A DNA stretch of 35,718 bases from Bacteroidales bacterium (GTDB taxonomy: Bacteria; Bacteroidota; Bacteroidia; Bacteroidales; UBA1402): assembly GCA_045599885.1 (NCBI GenBank), contig JAZRWU010000185.1, positions 1 to 35,718 of the forward strand. The letters are read 5' to 3'. Both the position numbers and the translations under genes were made by a program. Shown here one piece after another: positions 1-8,163 of the stretch. The notes below the pieces were generated by a model that searched no databases, was not told the origin of the DNA, and saw only the letters and a program-made list of their open reading frames with translations. Within the stretch, counting starts at the first letter, position 1. Each line of letters starts with the position of its first letter.

Positions 1-931
1 GATCGGTATCCCAACCATTCTGATAGTCACCACGGTTGGCATCAATGCTGCCCAACATGCCGTTGTCGACCGCTACTGCCAATTCGTGTTCGAAAGTATG
101 ACCGGCGAGAGTGGCGTGGTTGACTTCGATATTGACCTTGAAGTCCTTATCGAGATTGTGGGCTTTGAGAAATCCGATAACCGTTTCAGTGTCCACGTCA
201 TATTGATGTTTGGTGGGCTCCATAGGCTTGGGTTCGACAAGGAAAGTGCCTTTGAAACCTTTTGCGCGCGCATAATCACGGGCTTTGGTCAACATCATGG
301 CCAAATGCTCTTTTTCGCGTTTCTGGTCGGTATTGAGAAGGCTCATGTAACCTTCACGTCCACCCCAGAACACGTAGTTGGAACCACCCAGTTCGATGGT
401 GGCATCAATGGCGTTCTTGATTTGGACAGCGGCTCGGGCCACCACATTGAAATCAGGATTGGTGGCAGCGCCGTTCATATAGCGTTTATGACCGAAAACA
501 TTGGCTGTGCCCCAAAGAAGTTTGATGCCCGTTTCAGCTTGTTTCTGCTTCAGATACGCGACAATCTGTTTGAGGTTGGCTTCATATTCTTCAATCGTAG
601 CGGCTTCTTGAACCAGATCCACATCGTGGAAACAGTAGTATTCAATACCGAGTTTCTGCATGATTTCAAATCCTGCGTCAACTTTGTCTTTTGCGGCTTG
701 AATCGGACATTCAGCGGCATTCCAGGGGAAAGTCTTGGTGCCAGGTCCGAATTGGTCGCTGCCTTCAGCGCAAAGGGTGTGCCACCATGCCATGGCGAAT
801 TTGAGCCAGTCTTTCATTTTTTTGCCCATTATGACTTTTTCTGCGTCATAATAACGGTAGGCAAGCGGGTTTTTACTTTCGGTACCCTCAAATTTGATTT
901 TTCCGATTTCGGGGAAGAATTCTTTTGCCAT
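1..931 (-). CDS. xylA: xylose isomerase (N-terminal ~310 aa; the 3' end runs off the window start)
   Basis: Absent from the ORF track because it is open at the window edge. The reverse complement of 929-931 is ATG. Hand translation gives [32 protein letters not shown]..., then ...[13 protein letters not shown]... and ...[22 protein letters not shown]..., all hallmark xylose isomerase segments. The 86-937 '+' ORF is its antisense shadow. Confidence 0.93.
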   Translation of the reverse strand, partial: MAKEFFPEIGKIKFEGTESKNPLAYRYYDAEKVIMGKKMKDWLKFAMAWWHTLCAEGSDQFGPGTKTFPWNAAECPIQAAKDKVDAGFEIMQKLGIEYYCFHDVDLVQEAATIEEYEANLKQIVAYLKQKQAETGIKLLWGTANVFGHKRYMNGAATNPDFNVVARAAVQIKNAIDATIELGGSNYVFWGGREGYMSLLNTDQKREKEHLAMMLTKARDYARAKGFKGTFLVEPKPMEPTKHQYDVDTETVIGFLKAHNLDKDFKVNIEVNHATLAGHTFEHELAVAVDNGMLGSIDANRGDYQNGWDTD

Positions 932-951
932 AAATAAGATATTAAAAAGGT

Positions 952-2424
952 TTACAAATAACTTTTCCAACGCAAATATGCTTCCTGATAGGCGTTTTGG
1001 TTGACGACATCCGGGAAGATCTCATCCACTTTCTTCAGAGAGCTGAAAGCCTCCTGAGGATTCTTGTATATTCCGGCACCAAGACCAGCACCTCTGGCGG
1101 CTCCGATAGAACCATCAGTGTCGTACAATTCAATGCAGGCTCCGGTAAGACCGGCCAGAGTATCACGGAAAATGGGACTCAGGAACATATTGGCTTTTCC
1201 TGCGCGAATCAGCTTGGTTTCAATTCCCATGTTGTTCATCACTTCCATTCCGTAAGCGAAAGCAAAGACAACTCCCTCCTGAACGGCTCTCAACAAATGA
1301 GCTTGTCCATGGCGGTTGAATTGAAGTCCATGAATGCAGCTGGCGAAGTCTTTATTCGGAAGCATACGTTCACTGCCGTTTCCGAAGGGCAGAATAGACA
1401 CACCGTCCGAGCCGATTGGAGCTTGAGCGGCTATTTCATTCAAGTCGACGTATGACAAAGCGCAAGATGCACTGTTGCGTTTCATCCAGGCATTGAGAAT
1501 ACCGGCTCCGTTGATGCAGAGCAAAACTCCGATGCGTGTCTGTGACTTGTCGTGGTTGACGTGCGCGAAGCAGTTGACCCGGGAAAGAGGATCGTGGTTG
1601 GTATTTCCGTTCACACCATATACCACACCGGAGGTACCTGCCGTAGCAGCAATTTCTCCAGGATTCAACACATTGAGCGATAAAGCATTATTGGGCTGGT
1701 CCCCTCCACGGTAGCAGACAGGAGTTCCTTTTTTCAGTCCAAGTTCTCGGGCGGCTTCGGCAGAAAGGCCTCCTTGAACCGAAAATGTGGGTTTGATTTC
1801 CGGGATCCACGATGTAGGGAATCCGAAATAATCCATGACGAAATCGGCCGGCCTGTTTTCGGAAAAATCCCATAAGATGCCTTCCGACAAACCGGAAGCG
1901 GTGGTAAAACATTCTCCTGTCAGTCTTAAAGCGATGTAGTCGCCGGGAAGCATCATTTTGTCAACCTTATCGAAAATCTCAGGCTCATTTTCTTTCACCC
2001 AAGCCAATTTCGAGGCGGTGAAATTACCGGGAGAATTGAGCAGGTGGGAAAGGCATTTTTCCTGACCGATTTCCTGAAAAGCTTTGTCTCCATAAGAAAC
2101 GGCCCGTGAGTCGCACCAGATAATGGCAGGACGAAGCAGTTGCCGATTTTTGTCCACCAGCACCAATCCGTGCATCTGATATGAAATGCCGATACCGGCG
2201 ATATCCGCAGCGTCAATTTTTGAAGTGGCCAAAACAGACTGGGTGGCGGCTTTCAGATTCTCCCACCACATATCGGGTTCCTGCTCCGCCCATCCGACTT
2301 GTTGGGCAATGATGGTCATTTCTTTCTTGGGGAAGAAATCAGTAGCGACGCAAGTCCCGTTTTCGGCATGGATCAAAGAGGCTTTGACAGAAGAACTGCC
2401 GATATCATATCCTAATAAATACAT
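952..2424 (-). CDS. xylB: xylulokinase (FGGY carbohydrate kinase family)
   Basis: 490-aa ORF with an ATG start (cat at 2422-2424). FGGY-type N-terminus [17 protein letters not shown]. It sits 20 nt upstream of xylA on the same strand. Confidence 0.88.
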   Translation of the reverse strand: MYLLGYDIGSSSVKASLIHAENGTCVATDFFPKKEMTIIAQQVGWAEQEPDMWWENLKAATQSVLATSKIDAADIAGIGISYQMHGLVLVDKNRQLLRPAIIWCDSRAVSYGDKAFQEIGQEKCLSHLLNSPGNFTASKLAWVKENEPEIFDKVDKMMLPGDYIALRLTGECFTTASGLSEGILWDFSENRPADFVMDYFGFPTSWIPEIKPTFSVQGGLSAEAARELGLKKGTPVCYRGGDQPNNALSLNVLNPGEIAATAGTSGVVYGVNGNTNHDPLSRVNCFAHVNHDKSQTRIGVLLCINGAGILNAWMKRNSASCALSYVDLNEIAAQAPIGSDGVSILPFGNGSERMLPNKDFASCIHGLQFNRHGQAHLLRAVQEGVVFAFAYGMEVMNNMGIETKLIRAGKANMFLSPIFRDTLAGLTGACIELYDTDGSIGAARGAGLGAGIYKNPQEAFSSLKKVDEIFPDVVNQNAYQEAYLRWKSYL

Positions 2425-2442
2425 AAGATTCCAGATTAGAGA

Positions 2443-3588
2443 TTATTGAATTTTATGAGAACCTTTTCCTATGCGGACATCGTAAATTTTCGGAGCTTTG
2501 CGGAACTGTTCTTTATAACGTCCGATGGCTTCCTCGATGAAGGCATCGTAGAGAGATTCTTCCAAAAGGTTGATGGTGCATCCGCCAAAACCTCCACCCA
2601 TCATCCTGGCTCCGAGGACGCCGCATTTTGCTGCGACTTCCACCAGAAAATCAGATTCTTTGCAACTGACGTTGTACTCGTGGCTGAGGCCTTCGTGAGA
2701 GCCGTACATTTTCTGACCGAAAAGGTTGTAGTCTTCTTTCAGCAGCGCTTCGTAGGCATCCATAAGGCGTTTGTTTTCTTGGATTACATACATACAACGG
2801 CGGAAAGTACTTTCTTTTAGCGTTTTCTTGAATTCGGTGAGCTGCTCTTCGGTGACGTCGCGCAGTAATTGAACCTCAGGATAAACTTTCTGGATGGTGG
2901 CGACACCTTCTTCACATTCTGCGCGTCGGATGTTGTACTCTGAGGCGGCAAGATTGTGTTTCACTTGAGTATCAAGCAAAACGACACGGCAATTCTTCGG
3001 ATGGAAGGGGACGAGCTCATATTCAAGTGAGCGGCAATCCAGACGGATCAGATGGCCCTCTTCGCCGAAAACGGAAGCAAACTGATCCATAATTCCGCAG
3101 CGTACGCCCACCGCATTGTGTTCCGCAGCCTGACCGATTCTGGCCATATCCAGTTTGCTGAGCCCCAATTGGAACATATCGTTGAGGGCAAAAGTGAATG
3201 TGCTTTCCAAAGCGGCCGAGGTGGAAAGTCCGGATCCGATGGGAATATCACCGCCAAATACACAGTCGAAACCGCAAATATGCTTTCCGCGGGCGAGGAT
3301 TTCCGTAATGACTCCGTAGATATACATAGCCCAGCTCTGAGTAGGTCTCTCATCCAAAGCGAATTCATCCGTTTCTTTCAAATCGAAGGAATAAACGCGC
3401 ACGTTCTGAGAATGGTTGGGGCGTATGGCGGCCGCAATGACTTTGTCAATGGCACCGGGAAAAACGAAACCACCGTTATAATCTGTGTGCTCACCGATAA
3501 GGTTGACGCGTCCGGGAGAAGCATAAATATTATATGGTTCAAATCCGAATCTTTTGTTGAACTGATAGCAGATAGAGGTTAAATCCAT
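2443..3588 (-). CDS. galK: galactokinase (GHMP kinase)
   Basis: 381-aa ORF with the galactokinase signature GRVNLIGEHTDYNGGFVFP, the GHMP ATP motif GDIPIGSGLSTSAALE, and a C-terminal GARMMGGGFGGCTI. Confidence 0.93.
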   Translation of the reverse strand: MDLTSICYQFNKRFGFEPYNIYASPGRVNLIGEHTDYNGGFVFPGAIDKVIAAAIRPNHSQNVRVYSFDLKETDEFALDERPTQSWAMYIYGVITEILARGKHICGFDCVFGGDIPIGSGLSTSAALESTFTFALNDMFQLGLSKLDMARIGQAAEHNAVGVRCGIMDQFASVFGEEGHLIRLDCRSLEYELVPFHPKNCRVVLLDTQVKHNLAASEYNIRRAECEEGVATIQKVYPEVQLLRDVTEEQLTEFKKTLKESTFRRCMYVIQENKRLMDAYEALLKEDYNLFGQKMYGSHEGLSHEYNVSCKESDFLVEVAAKCGVLGARMMGGGFGGCTINLLEESLYDAFIEEAIGRYKEQFRKAPKIYDVRIGKGSHKIQ

Positions 3589-3610
3589 AGGGCGAATAAT
3601 ATTTGATCAA

Positions 3611-4516
3611 TTACCAGAGTTTCGAAGGATACACGCCTTCTTGTGACAATTGGGCGAATTTGTCGACTACGGCCTGACGGTCGGCGGCATAAGTCACTCC
3701 AAACCATTTGGCCGGTGTGTCGAGGACCTGGCAAGTGGCTTTCTTTTCTTTAATAAGATTGTTGACAACCCAGGGAATGTAAAATTCCGCTTTCGGCTGG
3801 TTGAGATTGGCATCCAGAAAAATACGGAAATATTCCTCGGAGTATTTGAAATAATCGGGAGTGAATCCCCACATATTCATGGAAACGGGGGTGTTCTCAC
3901 CAATGGCGACCAGCTCCTCATTCTCGTCTTTGTATTTGACGAGCCCGTCGGCGTCACGGATGACGTATGTGCGCTCAACGACATCGGTCAGACAATTGTC
4001 TGCGTCTTTGACACATACGCCTCTGGCAACGGAACCGCTTTCGGAGAGTGTGTTGCCGACCCGGTATCCTACCATACAGTATTGACCTTCCGTCCCTTCC
4101 ATTTTCTGAAGCTGCCCGGCCAATACCTGAAAACTCTCTCTTCCGTAAAAATCATCCGCATTGATGACGGCAAAAGGCTCGTTGATGACATCTTTCCCCA
4201 TCAGTACCGCATGATTGGTGCCCCAGGGTTTTGTGCGTTCCTCCGGACAGACAAATCCTTCGGGAAGGTAGGTGAGTTCTTGAAAAACGATTTCAACAGG
4301 TAGTATGTTCTCGTATTTTGATGCGATTTTCTGACGGAAATCTTCTTCAAATGTATGGCGGATCACAAAAACGACTTTTCCAAATCCGGCTTGGGCGGCA
4401 TCATAGATAGAATAATCCATAATGGTCTCTCCGTTGGGTCCAAGTCCGTCGAGTTGTTTGAGACCGCCATAGCGGCTGCCCATTCCCGCAGCTAATACAA
4501 ACAGAGTTGGTTTCAT
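3611..4516 (-). CDS. sugar-1-phosphate nucleotidyltransferase-like protein (NTP_transferase/GT-A fold); substrate unknown
   Basis: The track ORF is 3611-4747, but its first 77 codons cross the divergent promoter region and look non-coding. The internal ATG at 4514-4516 gives MKPTLFVLAAGMGSRYGGLKQL, a glycine-rich nucleotide-binding loop typical of sugar nucleotidyltransferases. A -7 box lies 24 nt upstream. Confidence 0.72.
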   Translation of the reverse strand: MKPTLFVLAAGMGSRYGGLKQLDGLGPNGETIMDYSIYDAAQAGFGKVVFVIRHTFEEDFRQKIASKYENILPVEIVFQELTYLPEGFVCPEERTKPWGTNHAVLMGKDVINEPFAVINADDFYGRESFQVLAGQLQKMEGTEGQYCMVGYRVGNTLSESGSVARGVCVKDADNCLTDVVERTYVIRDADGLVKYKDENEELVAIGENTPVSMNMWGFTPDYFKYSEEYFRIFLDANLNQPKAEFYIPWVVNNLIKEKKATCQVLDTPAKWFGVTYAADRQAVVDKFAQLSQEGVYPSKLW

Positions 4517-4539
4517 AAGGATAGTTTTTAACGTGCTTA

Positions 4540-4547
4540 CAAAAGTA
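4540..4547 (-). promoter_or_regulatory. Bacteroidota sigma-A type -7 box (TACTTTTG) for the nucleotidyltransferase-galK-xylBA unit
   Basis: The reverse complement of caaaagta matches TAnnTTTG exactly. It lies 24 nt upstream of the ATG at 4516. Confidence 0.5.
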
Positions 4548-4559
4548 ATCAAATAATTG

Positions 4560-4567
4560 TACCTTTG
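4560..4567 (+). promoter_or_regulatory. -7 box (TACCTTTG) for the cyclophilin/M16 peptidase unit
   Basis: Exact TAnnTTTG match 22 nt upstream of the ATG at 4590, back-to-back with the minus-strand box. Confidence 0.5.
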
Positions 4568-4589
4568 CCTGCAAAATAAATAGATTACA

Positions 4590-5405
4590 ATGAAAAAATG
4601 TATTCCCTTTCTGATGGGATTGTTATCAATTTTTACGACTATGCAAGCGAAAGAGAAACAGACGATGGTGCTGATTGAAACCTCAATGGGTGACATTAAA
4701 ATTTGTTTATACAACGAAACTCCCGCCCATCGGGATAATTTCATCAATCTGGTGGAATCCGGTTATTATGAGGATTTGCTGTTCCATCGTGTCATCAAGG
4801 ATTTCATGATTCAGGGCGGTGATCCCGAATCGCGCAATGCCCCTGCTTCGAAGCATCTAGGTGCCGGAGGTCCTGATTATACGATTCCAGCCGAATTCGT
4901 TTATCCTCAGTATTTTCACAAACGTGGCGCTTTGTCGGCAGCCCGTCAGGCCGATCAGGTCAATCCGCAGAAAGCCTCTTCCGGTTCGCAATTTTACATC
5001 GTATGGGGACAGGTCTATTCGGAATTGCAGTTGAAGCAGATGGAAGACCAAAAGCTTTCCCAGCAGAAGAATGCCTATTTCCAGAAATTGGCGATGGAGC
5101 GTGAGGATATTATCCGTCAGATGTATATGTCTCAAGATCAAGCCGGTCTTCAAAGGATGCAGGATCAGCTGGCTGCTATGACCGAAGAATATTTCAAAGA
5201 CAAACCCTCAGCCGCTTTTACCGAGGAGCAGCGGAAAGCCTATACGACCGTGGGCGGCACTCCTTTTCTCGACGGAGAATATACCGTGTTCGGAGAAGTG
5301 GTCGAAGGATTGGATGTTGTCGAAAAAATCCAGAATGTCAGAACATCCTCTACCGACCGTCCGTTGTCTGATATATCAATGAAGATGCGGATTGTCCAGG
5401 AATAG
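4590..5405 (+). CDS. secreted cyclophilin-type peptidyl-prolyl cis-trans isomerase with an internal helical insertion
   Basis: Hydrophobic signal-like N-terminus MKKCIPFLMGLLSIFTTMQA. Cyclophilin motifs FHRVIKDFMIQGGDP and GEYTVFGEVVEGLDVV are present. About 75 extra residues separate the two halves of the fold. Confidence 0.88.
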   Translation: MKKCIPFLMGLLSIFTTMQAKEKQTMVLIETSMGDIKICLYNETPAHRDNFINLVESGYYEDLLFHRVIKDFMIQGGDPESRNAPASKHLGAGGPDYTIPAEFVYPQYFHKRGALSAARQADQVNPQKASSGSQFYIVWGQVYSELQLKQMEDQKLSQQKNAYFQKLAMEREDIIRQMYMSQDQAGLQRMQDQLAAMTEEYFKDKPSAAFTEEQRKAYTTVGGTPFLDGEYTVFGEVVEGLDVVEKIQNVRTSSTDRPLSDISMKMRIVQE

Positions 5406-5415
5406 CTTTTGCGGC

Positions 5416-6684
5416 ATGAAAATCAATCGTCACGTCTGCTCCAACGGTTTGCGACTTTTGCATTATGAGGAGCCGAACACTCAGGTGTCAACGGTGAATC
5501 TGATGTATGATGTGGGTTCCAAGGATGAGCATCCGGATCATACAGGATTCGCTCATTTGTTTGAGCATCTGATGTTTTCGGGTTCTGAAAACGCTCCTGA
5601 CTTTGATTCTGTTGTGCAGGACGCTTCCGGCGAGAATAATGCCTGGACCAGCCCGGACGTGACCAATTATTTCATCACGCTGCCTACCCATAATATTGAG
5701 ACGGCCTTGTTTTTGGAAAGCGACCGGATGATGGCGTTGAACATCCATCAACGAAGCCTTGATGTCCAGAAGCAGGTGGTCCTTGAGGAATTCAAGCAAC
5801 GCTACCTGAATCAACCTTATGGAGATGCCAGTCTGATATTGAGGCCTTTGGCTTATAATGACCATCCCTATTCCTGGCCGACGATAGGAAAATCGGTGGA
5901 GCATATCAGGCAGTTTGAATTGAACGATGTCCGTTCGTTTTATGAGCGGTATTACGCACCGAACAATGCTGTGTTGGCTATTTGTGGCAATCTTCCTTTT
6001 GAAAAAGCAGTTGATCTGGTGGAGAAATGGTTTGGTGATATTCCGTCGAGAGCGTGTCCGGTCAGAAATATCAAACAAGTCAGGCATCCTTGGAATCATC
6101 GTGGCGAAAACGGTCTGGAAGCCGACCATCGGTCTGTTTCGGTGAATCGTGAAGTGCCCGTGGATGCTTTGTACAAACAATGGTTCGCTCCATCTGCCAC
6201 AGAGGAAGGCTATGTGATTTGCGATTTGCTGACGGATGTGCTGGATGGAGGCCGCTCTTCGCGTTTCAACCGTAATCTGATAAAAGGGCGTCATATTTTC
6301 AACTCTCTTGATATTTATGTCGGAGGCGAGGGGGAAGTATCGGCCGGAAGCATTCAGTTCTGCGGCAAACCGGCTCAGGGAGTCTCACTTGAGGAAGCGG
6401 AGGAAGCTCTGCAGCAGGAACTTGAACGATTGTGGCAAGAGTCTGTTGCGCCAGATGAATTGCGGAAAGTCAAAAACAAATACGAATCGGCTTTCCTTTT
6501 CAAAAACACGAATTGCCAGCATATCGCTTCGCAATTATGTTGGTATGAGATATTGGGTACGGCGGAAAACTATCTCCGTGACTATGAGATGATGGATGCG
6601 GTGACGGAAACCGATTTGCAGTCCATGGCCCACGATATTTTTCAGGAAGACAATAGCGTGACTTTGTATTATAGGGCAGGATAA
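5416..6684 (+). CDS. M16 (pitrilysin/insulinase) family zinc peptidase
   Basis: HxxEH zinc motif in GFAHLFEHLMFSGS. The track start at 5392 is TTG and overlaps the upstream stop. The first ATG is at 5416 (MKINRHV...). Confidence 0.85.
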   Translation: MKINRHVCSNGLRLLHYEEPNTQVSTVNLMYDVGSKDEHPDHTGFAHLFEHLMFSGSENAPDFDSVVQDASGENNAWTSPDVTNYFITLPTHNIETALFLESDRMMALNIHQRSLDVQKQVVLEEFKQRYLNQPYGDASLILRPLAYNDHPYSWPTIGKSVEHIRQFELNDVRSFYERYYAPNNAVLAICGNLPFEKAVDLVEKWFGDIPSRACPVRNIKQVRHPWNHRGENGLEADHRSVSVNREVPVDALYKQWFAPSATEEGYVICDLLTDVLDGGRSSRFNRNLIKGRHIFNSLDIYVGGEGEVSAGSIQFCGKPAQGVSLEEAEEALQQELERLWQESVAPDELRKVKNKYESAFLFKNTNCQHIASQLCWYEILGTAENYLRDYEMMDAVTETDLQSMAHDIFQEDNSVTLYYRAG

Positions 6685-6702
6685 TGGCTGTGGTGTCTGG
6701 AG

Positions 6703-7266
6703 TCAGAATCTCAAAAAGGCACCGACATGAATACGGTTCATCAACCTTGATGATCCGACTTCAAGATTAACGCCCCATCGGTTGATGAGATAGCGGAAAC
6801 CTGCGAAGGCGCCCACGCTGGCGCAAAGCCGGTAGTCGGGTTGATGCTCATTGATGGCCATTCCCTCACAGTGAAAATCGTAGATATGGTAATTGAATCC
6901 GACACCTGCCATAGGACCGGCATAGATATGAAAACGGTTGTTGGAGCCAAAAACCAGATTGTATGCCATACGCGGCTGAAAGATGCAGTAATTGTCGCTT
7001 TCCCGCTGGGCGTAATTAAAGTAATACGATTCGTCAGACTGTCCGGCATAATTCAATGCGAATCCCAGAGAGAAAAAATCATCCGAAAAGGGCCTGAAAG
7101 AATAAAAATTGTCCAATCCAAAGTCACAGGCGAGACTTGCTCCGAAAGATTCCCACGCGCTGGCACGTAAGGCGATGTATGTGGACGGTGTGGCACTCAA
7201 ACCTTTTTGTATAGGAATGAGGCAGAAAGCAATCGCGCAAACGAGTCTGACAAATCCGGTTTTCAT
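6703..7266 (-). CDS. small outer-membrane beta-barrel protein, function unknown
   Basis: 187 aa with a signal peptide (MKTGFVRLVCAIAFCLIPIQKGLSA). Alternating aromatic/glycine-rich strands and a C-terminal ...GAFLRF with terminal Phe are typical of OM barrels. Confidence 0.6.
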   Translation of the reverse strand: MKTGFVRLVCAIAFCLIPIQKGLSATPSTYIALRASAWESFGASLACDFGLDNFYSFRPFSDDFFSLGFALNYAGQSDESYYFNYAQRESDNYCIFQPRMAYNLVFGSNNRFHIYAGPMAGVGFNYHIYDFHCEGMAINEHQPDYRLCASVGAFAGFRYLINRWGVNLEVGSSRLMNRIHVGAFLRF

Positions 7267-7284
7267 ATTATGGCTTCTGTCAAG

Positions 7285-7356
7285 TAGCCCCGAGGGGAAT
7301 CGAACCCCTATCTATTCTTTAGGAGAGAATTGTTCTATCCATTGAACTACAAGGCC
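7285..7356 (-). tRNA. tRNA-Arg (anticodon CCT)
   Basis: Hand-folded cloverleaf: GGCCTTG TA GTTC AATGGATA GAAC A ATTCT CTCCTAA AGAAT AGAT AGGGG TTCGATT CCCCT CGGGGCT A. The T-loop is the canonical TTCGATT. The acceptor stem needs three G.U pairs. Confidence 0.78.
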
Positions 7357-7390
7357 TTGATATGGGAGGACCCTATCGGTTTTCTGTTTG

Positions 7391-7398
7391 CAAAAATA
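7391..7398 (-). promoter_or_regulatory. -7 box (TATTTTTG) upstream of tRNA-Arg(CCT)
   Basis: The reverse complement of caaaaata matches TAnnTTTG exactly. It lies 34 nt upstream of the tRNA 5' end. Confidence 0.5.
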
Positions 7399-7420
7399 AT
7401 GTTTTTATTAAGAAACTGTG

Positions 7421-8149
7421 TCATTCTCCAAAACATTCCTGAAGGATATCCAAGGATTTAATCGTGGGGAAATCGGACAGATGCAGTCTATAATATTCTA
7501 TTAGATAGTGGAGTAGCTCAACACGCTTCGTATGCTCCAACGGAAGCCCATTCATACGGTGGAAATCAGTATGCAGAAGATTGGCCAAAAGCTGTGAATC
7601 GTCGGCGGGAATCCAAGTATGGTGAGAGGGAGGCGTGGGTGTGAATTCGCCGGCCAGCATATCGAAGTACCAATGAGGCTGATAACTGGAAATATTTGGA
7701 TAAAAACCGAGGAAAAGAGACAATTTGCACAAAAAAACCAAATGGAAGTTGGCAGTCCCTTTGTCGGACAAATCCAATATTTGTATGGACTGAAGCAGAA
7801 AATCAAATAATCTGCCGTCATCCTCCGCTTCATTGAGAACCCGGTACAGGATTTCCGCAATGAAAAATGAAATCCCGTTTTTGACAGGGTCAAATGGAAT
7901 ACCTGAAAATGAATATAATAAGTGAGTCTCTTTCAGGCGTTGCAATTCTCTACTCCCTTTGTGATCCCCTTCATACTCAATGATGGACAATGGCTGGAGT
8001 GATGCCTGACTGACTGTATTGTTTTTTTTCTTGTGGTTGGAAGTCAGATATGAAATGCGTCCATACTCTTTGCTGTACAGACAGACAATGCTGTCGGTAT
8101 CATTATAGCGAAGTTTATGAAGTACAATAGCCTGACTTTTTACAAGCAT
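7421..8149 (-). CDS. recO: DNA repair/recombination mediator RecO
   Basis: 242 aa. The N-terminal OB-fold pattern MLVKSQAIVLHKLRYNDTDSIVCLYSKEYGRISYL is typical of RecO. ATG start. Confidence 0.82.
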   Translation of the reverse strand: MLVKSQAIVLHKLRYNDTDSIVCLYSKEYGRISYLTSNHKKKNNTVSQASLQPLSIIEYEGDHKGSRELQRLKETHLLYSFSGIPFDPVKNGISFFIAEILYRVLNEAEDDGRLFDFLLQSIQILDLSDKGTANFHLVFLCKLSLFLGFYPNISSYQPHWYFDMLAGEFTPTPPSHHTWIPADDSQLLANLLHTDFHRMNGLPLEHTKRVELLHYLIEYYRLHLSDFPTIKSLDILQECFGE

Positions 8150-8163
8150 ACGGAATGGTGATG

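Noticed and set aside
86-937. 283-aa '+' ORF covering the window start
   Set aside because: It is the antisense shadow of xylA. The minus strand translates into unmistakable xylose isomerase motifs ([23 protein letters not shown]), while the '+' product has no recognisable features.
4517-4747. 77-codon N-terminal extension of the 3611-4747 ORF
   Set aside because: The extension crosses both divergent -7 boxes and overlaps the start of the cyclophilin gene (4590). It is hydrophobic and low-complexity. The internal ATG at 4516 gives the expected nucleotide-binding-loop N-terminus.
5488-6294. 268-aa minus-strand ORF inside the M16 peptidase gene
   Set aside because: It is antisense to a gene with a clear HxxEH motif. 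It has no motifs, promoter or independent boundaries. Long antisense ORFs are common in genes of this composition.
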